From contig JBAZKN010000001.1 in assembly GCA_041650755.1 (NCBI GenBank), positions 70,796 through 134,795 of the forward strand: a DNA stretch of 64,000 nucleotides. The letters run 5' to 3'. Under the pieces are notes generated by a model that was given only the letters and a program-made list of their open reading frames with translations, made no database searches and was not told the origin of the DNA. Every line of letters starts with the position of its first letter. Position 1 is the stretch's first letter. Origin of the DNA: Patescibacteria group bacterium. Its GTDB lineage: Bacteria > Patescibacteriota > Patescibacteriia > UBA1558 > GWA2-36-10. Of this stretch, positions 27,987-38,445 are shown one piece after another. The translations under genes were made by a program, and so were the position numbers.

Positions 27987-28032
27987 TTTGTTATAGTAAA
28001 AGCAGATTTATTATTAATTTTTTGAGATAAAT

Positions 28033-28494
28033 ATGGATAAAAAAGTTTTGACTCAAGAGGGCCTAAATAATCTGAAAGCTGAACTAGAGGATTTGAAGAC
28101 CAATAAGCGTAAAGAAGTGGCCGAGCGTATTAAAATTGCCAAAGAATACGGTGATTTATCAGAAAACGCCGAATATCAAGAAGCTAAGGATCAGCAGGGG
28201 TATGTTGAGGGGCGTATTTTAGAATTAGAAGCCTTGATAAAAACAGCTATTTTAGCCGATAAGCAGGTTAATGATCACAATATTGTAGGCATTGGCTCTC
28301 ATGTTGCCGTGCAGCGCGATGGGCAGACGCTAAATTTTACTATTGTAGGTAGTACCGAAGCTGATCCGGCCAACAAAAAAATTTCCCTAGAATCACCTTT
28401 GGGTCAAGCTTTGCTTAATAAAAAAATAGGCGATGAAGTAGAAGTAAAATTGCCCGGGGGTATAGCAATATATAAAATTTTGGATATCAAATAA
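28033..28494 (+). CDS. greA: Transcription elongation factor GreA
   Basis: GDLSENAEYQEAKDQQ coiled-coil finger; 153 aa. Confidence 0.9.
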   Translation: MDKKVLTQEGLNNLKAELEDLKTNKRKEVAERIKIAKEYGDLSENAEYQEAKDQQGYVEGRILELEALIKTAILADKQVNDHNIVGIGSHVAVQRDGQTLNFTIVGSTEADPANKKISLESPLGQALLNKKIGDEVEVKLPGGIAIYKILDIK

Positions 28495-29507
28495 TGTTTA
28501 TCAAGAAAATCGGCATTGATTTAGGCACGACTTATACTCTGGTTTATATCCCTAAGCGAGGGATTGTTATCAATGAGCCGTCAGTAGTCGCTATTTCTGT
28601 GTTTGATAAAAAAGTTTTGGCAGTAGGGGATGAGGCCAAAGAAATGATTGGTCGCACGCCGGATTCTATAGTAGCTGCTCGGCCTTTGAAAAATGGAGTG
28701 ATTGCTGATTATAAAACCACGGAAAGCATGCTGCGCTATTTTATTGGCAAAGCAGTTGGCGGCATGAAGATTTTTAGACCGGAAGTAATGATTGCCGTGC
28801 CGGCCGGTATTACATCAACCGAGCGGCGAGCAGTGATTGATGCTACTTTGGCGGCTGGCGCCAAAGCAGCCTTTATTATCAAAGAGCCTATTGCGGCTGC
28901 CATTGGTGCTGATATTCCGATTGGTTCAGCTTCCGGGCACATGATCGTTGACATGGGTGGCGGCACTTCCGAGGTGGCTGTGATTTCTTTGGGTGGTATT
29001 GTGGCTAATACTTCAGTGCGTATCGGCGGTAATCGCTATGATGCGGCTATTTCCGAATTTATTAAAAAGAAATATAATTTAGCTATTGGCGAAAGAACTG
29101 CTGAAGAAATTAAAATCAAAGCTGGTTCAGCTCAGTTTTTGCCAAAAGGTGAAAAATTATATATTGACATCAAGGGCCGCGATATGATCAGTGGCCTGCC
29201 GCGCACCATCACAGTAGGCTCGGATGATGTGACAGAGGCTTTGCAAAATGAGCTGCAGGGCTTGATATCAGCCGTTAAATCTGTCTTGTATCAAACGCCG
29301 CCAGAATTATCAGCTGACATTATGGATAAGGGCATGGTTTTATCGGGCGGCACTGCTTTGTTGCGCAACATGGACAAGCTCTTGTCTCAAGCCACTGGCG
29401 TGCCAGCCTATGTGGCCGAAGATGCTTTATTGTGCGTGGCTAGAGGCACGGGTATTGCCCTAGAAAACCTAGAGTCATATAAGCGTAGCATATTATCAGC
29501 TAAATAG
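28494..29507 (+). CDS. Second MreB/Mbl-like actin homologue
   Basis: IGIDLGTTYTLVYI, DMGGGTSEVAVIS, SGGTALL motifs; paralogue of 23802..24854. Confidence 0.85.
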   Translation: MFIKKIGIDLGTTYTLVYIPKRGIVINEPSVVAISVFDKKVLAVGDEAKEMIGRTPDSIVAARPLKNGVIADYKTTESMLRYFIGKAVGGMKIFRPEVMIAVPAGITSTERRAVIDATLAAGAKAAFIIKEPIAAAIGADIPIGSASGHMIVDMGGGTSEVAVISLGGIVANTSVRIGGNRYDAAISEFIKKKYNLAIGERTAEEIKIKAGSAQFLPKGEKLYIDIKGRDMISGLPRTITVGSDDVTEALQNELQGLISAVKSVLYQTPPELSADIMDKGMVLSGGTALLRNMDKLLSQATGVPAYVAEDALLCVARGTGIALENLESYKRSILSAK

Positions 29508-29512
29508 GTTTT

Positions 29513-30610
29513 ATGGCCAAAATTGGTTTGGAAGCAAGTCGCGCTAATAGAGAACACAAGACCGGAACCGAATGGTATGCTTGGCATTTATTACAGCAGT
29601 TCAAGCAGCTTGATCACAAAAATGATTTCATAATTTATTATAATCAGACATTAGCCGGAAATTTGGGTCAAGCCCCGGCTAATTTTTATTTCAAAAAATT
29701 AGCTTGGCCGTGGAAGAAATTATGGACACAGGTGCGCTTGTCTTGGGAATTGCTTTGGCATAAGGTGGATAAATTTTTTTCCAGTAATACCGTTCCCTTT
29801 ATTGTTCGAGGCCAAGTGACAGCTACTATGCATGATTTGGGGTTTTTACGATACCCAAAACTATACCATCCTTTAGCTCGACCTTATCATCTATTGATGC
29901 ATTGGTGGGCCGCCATCAGGGCCCAAAAAATTATCGCTCCCTCGCAAGCTACCGCTGATGATATTAGGCATTATTTTCCCTATGCTAAAAATAAGATTCG
30001 AGTGATATACAATGGTTATGATGCTCAGGAGTTTACTCCCATCCCTGAGGCACAGAAGCAAGAGATTAAGGATAAATTTGATTTGCCTGATAATTTTTTG
30101 TTTTATGTTGGTCGGCTAGAGCTCAAAAAAAATATCCCCAATCTTATTCGAGCCTACAAATTATTACCTGATAAGTCTTGGCCCTTGGTTTTGGCTGGTC
30201 CGTGGGGGAAATACGGCTATAACGAAATTAAATCTTTGGTCAGCGATGAAATCAAAGACAAAATATTATTTTTGGGTTATTTGAGTCAAAAGCACTATCG
30301 CTTGTTATTGGCTGCTGCCGACTTATTTGTTTTTCCTTCAGAGTTTGAAGGTTTTGGCATACCAGTTTTGGAGGCCATGGCCTGTGGTACGCCAGTAATC
30401 TGCTCTGATTTGCCGGTTTTACGCGAAGTGGCTGGGGAGGCGGCTGCTTATTTTGATCCGGGTAGTCCAGAAGCCATGGCTAGACAATTGGCAGAAATTA
30501 TTTCTCGGCCAGATCTTAGACAGAATTTTAGCACTTTAGGTTTGCAACGAGTGAAAGATTTCTCTTGGGCCAAATGCGCCGCAGAGACTTTAAAATATAT
30601 ATTAGAATGA
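29513..30610 (+). CDS. Glycosyltransferase family 4 (GT-B)
   Basis: EGFGIPVLEAMACGTPVICSD motif. Confidence 0.85.
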   Translation: MAKIGLEASRANREHKTGTEWYAWHLLQQFKQLDHKNDFIIYYNQTLAGNLGQAPANFYFKKLAWPWKKLWTQVRLSWELLWHKVDKFFSSNTVPFIVRGQVTATMHDLGFLRYPKLYHPLARPYHLLMHWWAAIRAQKIIAPSQATADDIRHYFPYAKNKIRVIYNGYDAQEFTPIPEAQKQEIKDKFDLPDNFLFYVGRLELKKNIPNLIRAYKLLPDKSWPLVLAGPWGKYGYNEIKSLVSDEIKDKILFLGYLSQKHYRLLLAAADLFVFPSEFEGFGIPVLEAMACGTPVICSDLPVLREVAGEAAAYFDPGSPEAMARQLAEIISRPDLRQNFSTLGLQRVKDFSWAKCAAETLKYILE

Positions 30611-30627
30611 TTTAAGCAAACTAAAAA

Positions 30628-31063
30628 GGCTTAAGCTGACCCTGTAAGCCGAATTCTGTCTAGGATGATCATCTATCTAGGCCTAACATTGCTGTTAAGC
30701 TCAAGCGGTTTACCCGCCATACACCATATGGTGCATGACCTACTTAACCTTTCACCAAGTAGAGTTTGCCTCTTTTAGCTTGTCACCAAGCTAACGTGTC
30801 TAGTCATTACCAGACAATTTCACCCTTATCCACCTAGGCCGAAGCTTTGGCGGAAGGAATATTTTCTGTTGTACTTGTCCTGATCAATGGGTCACCCCTT
30901 TGATCGGTTGGCGTTACCAACTACTCTTTTATCGGTGTTCGGACTTTCCTCCCCGAACCACTCGCTTTGCTCGGGTATCAGGGCAGAACTCCTGAAATTC
31001 CCTTACGTGGTTAGCCATTTACCAGAGCAAGGCGAGTGGTTCGCGGCGATCATCTGGGCCAAT
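30628..31063 (-). ncRNA. rnpB: RNase P RNA (bacterial type A)
   Basis: Minus-strand sequence contains GGAAAGTCCGAACACC (P4), AGGGTGAAATTGTCTGGTAATGAC (P10/11 region), ACAGAATTCGGCTTACAGG (3' P4 strand), and P1 pairing of ggcttaa with ttaagcc. Confidence 0.8.
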
Positions 31064-31092
31064 TTAAGCCTATTTATTTTATACAATATTTT
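31064..31092 (-). promoter_or_regulatory. Putative rnpB promoter (TTGACA-17-TATAAA)
   Basis: Read on the minus strand immediately upstream of the rnpB 5' end. Confidence 0.4.
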
Positions 31093-31191
31093 TTATGTTT
31101 TGTCAAGAAAATAAAACATTATTAGTTTAGCACAATATTCTAACAGGGTTTACTAAATGACCATAAATTGTTATGATAAAATTAAACCGTT

Positions 31192-32580
31192 ATGAAAAAG
31201 GCTGATTTTATTATAAACATTGCCTTGGTGCCAATTGATTTTCTGTTGGTGGTTTTAGCTGCTGTGTCTGCCTATTATTTACGTTTTTCTACTCTGATAG
31301 CTGATGCTTGGCCGGTTTTGTATACCATGCCCATAAATCTGTACATGGCTATAGTCTGGCGGGTAGCTACGGCTAGCGTGATTATTTTTGCGGCGTCTGG
31401 TTTTTATACCATGCGCAATAAAAAAATCTCTAAAGAGTTCACTAAAATTATTGCCGGCGTTTCTACTTTGGTGATTTTTTTGGTGATGGCTATTTTTTTG
31501 CAACGAGAATTATTTTCTTCCCGATTTATTATTATCTTGGGCTGGTTTTTGGCTATCCTTTATTTATTTATTGCTCGCTGGCTAATTTTTTTGGTAAGAA
31601 ATTATTTTTTTCAAAAGGGCATTGGTCTGTCAGGTATTATTGTCTTAGGTGATAGTCAGAGTCGGGGGGCGCTAGTGTCAGTCTATCGTCAATTCCCAAA
31701 TCTGGGCTTTAGAATTTTAGGTGAGTTTGATAATCTGGCAACCCTAAGTGGCTCTGCACAAGTTAGAGATTGGCTAAATAAGAAACAGCTTGATACAGTC
31801 GTACAAACAGATTCATCGATCGGCAAAGACGATGCCTTGGATTTGTTGACCTGGTGCCAAGAAAATCATCTAAATTTTAATTATGTTGCCAACCTATTTC
31901 AAGCACAAAGCACTCATCTGGAGCTCAATAGCGTGGCTGGCTTGCCTTTGGTAGAGATAAAAAGTACCCCTTTGGAGGGTTGGCGCAGAGTATATAAGCG
32001 CTTGTTTGATTTAGTGGTGTCTATACTATTGATTATTATTTTATCGCCTGTGCTTTTGCTTTTGGCTATTCTGGTTGCTTTGACTTCACCGGGTCCGATG
32101 ATAGTTGGTTTAGAGCGCGTGGGAGCAAAAAATAAGATTTTTAAGATGTACAAATTTCGTTCAATGATCAAAAATGCGCATTTATTGAAGCCCGACATCT
32201 TGCGGTACAATGAAAGGCCGGATGGGCCATTGTTTAAAATGAAAAATGATCCACGGGTGACGAAATTTGGCAGATTTTTACGCCGAACTTCTTTGGACGA
32301 GCTGCCACAGCTATTCAATGTTCTCTTGGGACAGATGAGCCTGGTCGGGCCACGGCCGCATGAGCCGCAAGAAGTGTCACAATATCGGCGGGGCTACAAA
32401 AAATTGTTGGCCATTAAACCAGGTATGACTGGCATGGCTCAAGTTTCTGGGCGCTCCAACCTTCTTTTTAGTGAGGAAGCAAAGTTGGATATTTTTTATA
32501 TTGAAAACTGGTCAATTTTGCTGGATTTGATCATTCTCTTAAAAACTCCAAAAGCTTCTTTTAAACAGGCGGGTGATTAA
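31192..32580 (+). CDS. Polyprenyl-phosphate sugar phosphotransferase (WbaP/bacterial sugar transferase family)
   Basis: N-terminal TM block; C-terminal LDELPQLFNVLLGQMSLVGPRP signature. Confidence 0.9.
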   Translation: MKKADFIINIALVPIDFLLVVLAAVSAYYLRFSTLIADAWPVLYTMPINLYMAIVWRVATASVIIFAASGFYTMRNKKISKEFTKIIAGVSTLVIFLVMAIFLQRELFSSRFIIILGWFLAILYLFIARWLIFLVRNYFFQKGIGLSGIIVLGDSQSRGALVSVYRQFPNLGFRILGEFDNLATLSGSAQVRDWLNKKQLDTVVQTDSSIGKDDALDLLTWCQENHLNFNYVANLFQAQSTHLELNSVAGLPLVEIKSTPLEGWRRVYKRLFDLVVSILLIIILSPVLLLLAILVALTSPGPMIVGLERVGAKNKIFKMYKFRSMIKNAHLLKPDILRYNERPDGPLFKMKNDPRVTKFGRFLRRTSLDELPQLFNVLLGQMSLVGPRPHEPQEVSQYRRGYKKLLAIKPGMTGMAQVSGRSNLLFSEEAKLDIFYIENWSILLDLIILLKTPKASFKQAGD

Positions 32581-32587
32581 TTAGTTT

Positions 32588-33676
32588 ATGCTGAAAGTAG
32601 CTTTAGCGCATGATCACCTATATCAAGTCGGTGGCGCCGAAAGAGTTTTGGCGGCTTTATTTAGCCTTTATCCTGAAGCCCCGGTTTTTACTTTGATTAA
32701 TGATAAGCGCATTAGCCAACAATTTTTGCCCCAAGGCCGGGTGATAAGCTCTAAACTACAAAGAATTCCCAAGCCCAGCCACTGGTTTAAGTATTTTTTG
32801 ATTTTGATGCCAAAAATTTGGGAGCAAACAAATCTTAGTGATTATGATCTGGTGATCAGTTCTTCCTCGGCTTTTGTCAAAGGATTGAGAGTAGGGCCGC
32901 AGACTAAACATATCTGCTATTGCCATGCTCCGACCCGCTATCTCTGGGATGAAAAAGAAGAATACTTGGAAAATTTGCCCGAAGGTCGAATATTAAAAAG
33001 GTTTTTGCCCAAAATCCTGGGATCTTTACAGGATTGGGATTATGATAAAGCGCAAAAGGTTGATTACTTCATCGCCAATTCCAAATATATTGCTGATAAA
33101 ATTTTTAGACATTATCATCGCCGAGCCACGGTCATTTATCCGCCAATCCGCCTAGCTGATTTTTCCGTCAGTCCCCAGACCGATGAGTACTATTTGATTA
33201 TTAGTCGTTTGCGCCCTTACAAAAAAGTAGATTTAGCCATCAAGGCTTTCAATAATTTGAAGTTGCCACTCAAAATAATTGGTAGCGGTACAGAGTATCA
33301 GAGGCTAAAAAAAATAGCTCAAAGCAACATAGAGTTTTTAGGCGAACTTGATGATCAGCAGCGTAATTATTATTTGTCTCGTTGCCGGGCTTTTATCTAT
33401 CCGCAGATTGAGGACTTGGGTATTACTGCGTTGGAGGCAATGGCTTGTGGCCGGCCAGTCATCGCTTATGCTAAGGGTGGGGCACTGGAAACTGTGGTTG
33501 AAGGTTTGAGCGGCACTTTTTTTCCTGAACAGACCTGGGAATCATTAGCGCACAAGATTTTACGTTTTGACGCCAACCAATATGACCCAGAAAAGATACG
33601 TCAGCATGCCGCTCAATTTGATGAAGCAATTTTTAAACAAAAAATTTTAGACTTTGTGAAAAATTTAGGAAACTAA
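32588..33676 (+). CDS. Glycosyltransferase family 4
   Basis: LGITALEAMACGRPVIA motif. Confidence 0.85.
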   Translation: MLKVALAHDHLYQVGGAERVLAALFSLYPEAPVFTLINDKRISQQFLPQGRVISSKLQRIPKPSHWFKYFLILMPKIWEQTNLSDYDLVISSSSAFVKGLRVGPQTKHICYCHAPTRYLWDEKEEYLENLPEGRILKRFLPKILGSLQDWDYDKAQKVDYFIANSKYIADKIFRHYHRRATVIYPPIRLADFSVSPQTDEYYLIISRLRPYKKVDLAIKAFNNLKLPLKIIGSGTEYQRLKKIAQSNIEFLGELDDQQRNYYLSRCRAFIYPQIEDLGITALEAMACGRPVIAYAKGGALETVVEGLSGTFFPEQTWESLAHKILRFDANQYDPEKIRQHAAQFDEAIFKQKILDFVKNLGN

Positions 33677-33677
33677 T

Positions 33678-34811
33678 ATGAGGATCGGTGTCGATATCCG
33701 CAGTCTTAATACCAAACATCTCACGGGTGTGGGGCATTATTCGCTTCATATTTTAGAAGAGCTGGCTCGGCAGGATAAAAACAACCAATATTTTTTGCTT
33801 AGTTCTGGCTGTAAAGCAGGGGACAATCATTTTTTACCAAAGAGCGATAATTTTAATTATCATCATATCAAGCAGGCCAACAAGTGGCTGAATTTTAATT
33901 TTATTTTGGGCCGGGGGAAGGATTTTAGTATGGTTGGCGATAGGGGGGTGGATATTTTTTGGCTACCAAATATAAATTTTTTAAAAATTAATGCTAAGAC
34001 ACCGTTGATTATCACTATCCACGATCTTTCCTGGCTGCAAAATAAAGCTTTTTATGATTATAAAAGAATCTGGTGGCACAGATTAGTCGGAGTGAAAAGA
34101 TTATTACAGCGCGCCGATCACATTATTGCTGTTTCTCATAATACAAAACGCGATTTGATCCGCTTTTTTAATTTGCCGGCAGATAAGATCAGCGTGGTCT
34201 ATTCTGGGATTAGTGCTGTGGTCATGGATCAGGAGCGGGCTAAGAGGGAGCTGGCCGGATCTTCTCTGCCTGATAAATATTTTTTGTATCTTGGTACTTT
34301 GGAGCCAAGAAAAAACATTATTAGCATCATTCAGGCTTTTGCCATGTTTCATAATGATCAGCCAGATTACCACTTACTTATCGTTGGCGGCCGCGGCTGG
34401 GCTTATAAAAATATTTTGCAAGCCATCAAAGACAAACCATATATTCATTATTTAAATTATCTGAGCAGCCCCAAGAAAGACGCTTTGTATTTTTTGAGCC
34501 AAGGGCTGATTTGGCCCTCTTTTTATGAGGGTTTTGGCTTTCCGCCGCTGGAAGCTATCAGCCAGGGCGCACCGGTCATTACTAGCTACAAAAGCTCTTT
34601 ACCGGAAGTTTTGGGTCAGGCCGCTTTGTATGTTGATCCATATAATGTAGCTGATATTTATCAGGCCTTAAAATTAATTACTGACAATAGTGACTTGCGT
34701 CAACAATTATATGACTCTGGTCAAAAAATATTAAAACCTACTTGGTCAGCAACTGCGCAGGAAATGATAAAAATATTTGAAAAAATAAAAAGATATGAAA
34801 ATAGTAATTGA
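33678..34811 (+). CDS. Glycosyltransferase family 4
   Basis: EGFGFPPLEAISQGAPVI motif. Confidence 0.85.
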   Translation: MRIGVDIRSLNTKHLTGVGHYSLHILEELARQDKNNQYFLLSSGCKAGDNHFLPKSDNFNYHHIKQANKWLNFNFILGRGKDFSMVGDRGVDIFWLPNINFLKINAKTPLIITIHDLSWLQNKAFYDYKRIWWHRLVGVKRLLQRADHIIAVSHNTKRDLIRFFNLPADKISVVYSGISAVVMDQERAKRELAGSSLPDKYFLYLGTLEPRKNIISIIQAFAMFHNDQPDYHLLIVGGRGWAYKNILQAIKDKPYIHYLNYLSSPKKDALYFLSQGLIWPSFYEGFGFPPLEAISQGAPVITSYKSSLPEVLGQAALYVDPYNVADIYQALKLITDNSDLRQQLYDSGQKILKPTWSATAQEMIKIFEKIKRYENSN

Positions 34812-35907
34812 TGCCCGGATTTATGGCCCGGAGTTTGGTGGCTTGGGTCGTTACAATCAGGCTTTTTTAGAAAATTTGAGCTTGCAGGATCATCTCAACG
34901 AATATATTGTGCTCTTGCAAGAGGTCCCCAAAGATCATAACTGGCCGAGTAATTGGCAAATAAAAATTTGCACCTATCATTGGTATAGCTGGCAAGAGCA
35001 AGTATTTTTACCGCTACTGCTCAAGCGCCTGAAGCCTGATCTGGTTCACTTTACTCATTTTAATGTGCCTATATTTTATCGTGGTAAATTTATAGTCACA
35101 ATCCATGATTTGATCATGACTAAATTCCCCAGCCAAAGAGCCAGTACGTTGAATAGACTAATGTTTAAGCTGAAGCGAATCGGGTATCAACTAGCTATCA
35201 AACAAGCCGTCCTCAAAGCACAGAAGATTATTGCTGTTTCCCAGTTCACTGCTCGGGATATTAAGGAATACTTTGAGCTGACGACGCAGCAAGCCAAAAA
35301 GATAGCAGTGATTTATGAAGGGGTTTCTTTGGTGCCGGCCGAGGGTGGGGCCGTAACTAATTTGCCGAAGAAGTTTTTCTTATATGTTGGTAATACTTAT
35401 CCTCACAAAAATTTAGAGTTTTTGATTAAAACTTTCAAAGACTGGCTAAAAATTTATCCCGATTATTATTTATATTTACTGGGTAGCCGAAATTATTTTT
35501 ATAATCGTTTGGAAGCTTGGGCCAAAGATTTTATGGCTGGACAAAGCGACCGGGTAGTATTTACTGGTTTTGTGCCAGACAGTGAACTGACCCACTATTA
35601 TCAGGCAGCCACAGCCTATATTTTCCCTTCTTTGTATGAAGGTTTTGGTTTGCCCCCCTTAGAGGCCTGTGCTCATGGTTTGCCGGTTTTGGCTAGCCAA
35701 AGTAGTTGCTTGCCGGAAATTTTAGCTGAAGCTGCTCTATATTTTGATCCTAAAAATCAAACTGATTTGCTCAACAAGATGGAAATTATTGTGAAAAGCA
35801 ATGACCTGAGGGCTCGTTTAAAAGAACGCGGCCTAGAGCAGATAAAAAAATATTCTTGGCAAAAAATGGCATTTAGCATTAGAGAATTATATTTAAGTTT
35901 AAAATAA
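34795..35907 (+). CDS. Glycosyltransferase family 4
   Basis: EGFGLPPLEACAHGLPVLAS motif; 17-nt overlap with the upstream gene. Confidence 0.85.
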   Translation: MKIVIDARIYGPEFGGLGRYNQAFLENLSLQDHLNEYIVLLQEVPKDHNWPSNWQIKICTYHWYSWQEQVFLPLLLKRLKPDLVHFTHFNVPIFYRGKFIVTIHDLIMTKFPSQRASTLNRLMFKLKRIGYQLAIKQAVLKAQKIIAVSQFTARDIKEYFELTTQQAKKIAVIYEGVSLVPAEGGAVTNLPKKFFLYVGNTYPHKNLEFLIKTFKDWLKIYPDYYLYLLGSRNYFYNRLEAWAKDFMAGQSDRVVFTGFVPDSELTHYYQAATAYIFPSLYEGFGLPPLEACAHGLPVLASQSSCLPEILAEAALYFDPKNQTDLLNKMEIIVKSNDLRARLKERGLEQIKKYSWQKMAFSIRELYLSLK

Positions 35908-35959
35908 AATTATTTTGTTTTTTACAGAAAATCTGTTATAATATATAACAGAAATTTTT

Positions 35960-38443
35960 ATGACCGACCCAACAGCACAGCCAAAAAATTTGCAAGCACT
36001 GAAACAAGAATTTATTGCCGAATTAGACGAATTTTTGTTGGAAGAAAAGACAGGGGAGAAGATTTCTCAGCCTGAGTTTGATTTGGCAAGACGCCAGGCC
36101 TTAGCTGAATTAGATAGACTGATTAAGCAGGATTTGCCTTATGCAGAGCTGGCGAGCGGCATTGATAAGATAAAAAGAGAGACGACGGAAAAAAGAGAAA
36201 AACCAACTAACGATATTTCAGCAAACTTTGCTGGCGGTCAGCAATCAGCCCATTTGATAGATTTGCGGCCAGGCCAGCAGAAGCCAGCCATAGTCAAAAA
36301 ACCCTGGTCAATCAAATTGAATCGGCCGGCCAAGCAGCCCAAAAAGCAAAAAGGCCAAGCGTCAGTTGATAAGTTGGTTTTGCATTTTCCTAGTAATATA
36401 GGCGAGCAGGCAGCTGTCTCTAAGCGGCCAAAGATAGACTGGTCAGCTTTTGGCTTATCTCATGTTTTTAGTCAGGCGGCAGTTGTTGGTTTGGTGACAG
36501 CCCTGATTTTATTACCTTTGCGCGGTCTGGTTTGGCTGGGTCAGGTGCAAAAAGATAAGGATAAATTATTGGCCTTTGGTCAGCAGGGAATTTTTAGTTT
36601 TCAGGCCGGCCTTTTGTCTGCATCAGAGAATTCATATCAAAATGCCCAAATTGATTTTGAACAGGCACTGGACAATTTTCGTCAAGCCCAAGGCGTATTA
36701 AATAATTATCAGCAGTGGCTCTTAGACGTTGGCGGCCAATTACCAATTTTGGGCAAGTCTTTGTCGGTTGGTCGTAATTTACTTAGCGTAGCCAACAATG
36801 TTTCAGAGGCAGCTATGGTTTTAAATAAAAAAATTCAAGATAATGTCAAGCTGACTGATTACTTGATTTTCATCAGTCGGCAGATAGAAAGCACCTTACC
36901 ATATCTAGAGCGCGCTAGTAATGATTTGGATAAGATGAGTCTCAATAATTTGCCGGAAAATTTTCGTCCCTATTTTCAGAATTTGAAAAATGATCTGCCG
37001 GCCACCATTGATAATTTAAAGAATTTACAGCAAATTTTATCAGTGACAGGAGAATTATTGGGCCAGGACCAGGAAAAAAGGTATTTGGTTTTATTCCAAA
37101 ATAATAATGAGCTAAGGGCTACCGGTGGCTTTATTGGTAGCTATGCTGTCCTGGATGTTTACAAGGGGCAAGTAAAAAATTTGGAAATTCCCAAAGGCGG
37201 AACCTATGATTTGACAGCTGGGCAAAAGACAAAATTACGGGCGCCACAAGCCTTGAGTATTATTAATCCCAATTTTAATATTTGGGATGCGAATTGGTGG
37301 CCAGATTTTCCGACTTCAGCCAAAAAAATAACCTGGTTTTATAATAATAGCGGCGGCAGTAGTATAGACGGGGTCATTGCTATCAATGCCAGTGTTTTGC
37401 AGGAATTATTGCGTATTTACGGGCCAATTTATATGCCTGATTATAATATCACCATTGATGCTGATAATGTTTTTGCGGTTTTACAGGAGCAGGTGGAATT
37501 CAAATATGATCATGAGGCCAATACGCCCAAGGCTATCATTGCTGATTTGGTGCCGCAAGTTTTATCCCAATTATTATCGCGCACAGACAAACAAAAAGAA
37601 ACAGCCGCGTTAATGGCCAAGTTGCTGACCGATAAAGACATCCAAATTTTTGCCAGCGATCAGGTTTTGCAAAAAGAGCTCAGTAACTTTGGCTGGTCGG
37701 GAGAAATTTTGTCAACCGACAAAGATTATTTGAATGTGGTTGACACCAATATTGCCGGCGGCAAAACCAATAATGATATTTACCAGACCATAGAACACAG
37801 GGCCGAGGTCCAAGTAAACGGCGAGGTGATAGACACAGTAAAGATTACTCGTCAAAATCAAGGATCGCCTCTCAATCCTTTGGCTGGCCTGGATGGCGGC
37901 AATGTCAGCTATTTGCGCGTTTATGTGCCTCAAAGCGCGGAACTTTTGGAGGCCAATGGTTTTAGTCAATTGCCGGAAGTATTTTTACACAATCAAAATA
38001 TAAATGATCAAGTAGATCCCGATGTGGTATCAGAGGAAAATAAATTGGTTGATGCCACTTCTGGCACCGAAATCTATGAAAGTCTTAACAAAACAGTCTT
38101 TGCCAATTGGCTCACTCTCAAGCCGGGCGAGACCAAGACCGTGACTATAAAGTATAAACTGCCTTTTAAGCTTGATTTGGGAGAAAAGTTGGTCAATGAT
38201 TGGCGTCAGATATTTTTGCGAAATAGTTGGCAGTTAGACCACTATGGTTTATTGGTGCAGTCACAGAGTGGCAATCACAACAATGTTTTTAGTTCAGAAG
38301 TGATACTGCCTACCGACTGCCGAGTAGCCTGGACAGTAGCCACTGACCCAGAACAAATAATGGTCAACGATAATAGTGTTTACTATAGCGATCCCTTGGA
38401 CAAAGACCAGTATTATGGTTTTGTGGTGGCTAAACAAAAATAG
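35960..38443 (+). CDS. Large membrane-anchored DUF4012-like protein
   Basis: One TM around residue 170; conserved ELRATGGFIGSYAVLDV block. Confidence 0.55.
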   Translation: MTDPTAQPKNLQALKQEFIAELDEFLLEEKTGEKISQPEFDLARRQALAELDRLIKQDLPYAELASGIDKIKRETTEKREKPTNDISANFAGGQQSAHLIDLRPGQQKPAIVKKPWSIKLNRPAKQPKKQKGQASVDKLVLHFPSNIGEQAAVSKRPKIDWSAFGLSHVFSQAAVVGLVTALILLPLRGLVWLGQVQKDKDKLLAFGQQGIFSFQAGLLSASENSYQNAQIDFEQALDNFRQAQGVLNNYQQWLLDVGGQLPILGKSLSVGRNLLSVANNVSEAAMVLNKKIQDNVKLTDYLIFISRQIESTLPYLERASNDLDKMSLNNLPENFRPYFQNLKNDLPATIDNLKNLQQILSVTGELLGQDQEKRYLVLFQNNNELRATGGFIGSYAVLDVYKGQVKNLEIPKGGTYDLTAGQKTKLRAPQALSIINPNFNIWDANWWPDFPTSAKKITWFYNNSGGSSIDGVIAINASVLQELLRIYGPIYMPDYNITIDADNVFAVLQEQVEFKYDHEANTPKAIIADLVPQVLSQLLSRTDKQKETAALMAKLLTDKDIQIFASDQVLQKELSNFGWSGEILSTDKDYLNVVDTNIAGGKTNNDIYQTIEHRAEVQVNGEVIDTVKITRQNQGSPLNPLAGLDGGNVSYLRVYVPQSAELLEANGFSQLPEVFLHNQNINDQVDPDVVSEENKLVDATSGTEIYESLNKTVFANWLTLKPGETKTVTIKYKLPFKLDLGEKLVNDWRQIFLRNSWQLDHYGLLVQSQSGNHNNVFSSEVILPTDCRVAWTVATDPEQIMVNDNSVYYSDPLDKDQYYGFVVAKQK

Positions 38444-38445
38444 TT

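Noticed and set aside
30887-31114. 75-aa ORF in the 580-bp gap upstream of the WbaP-like gene
   Set aside because: It lies entirely within the minus-strand RNase P RNA gene, which fully explains the conservation-like GC content of the region.
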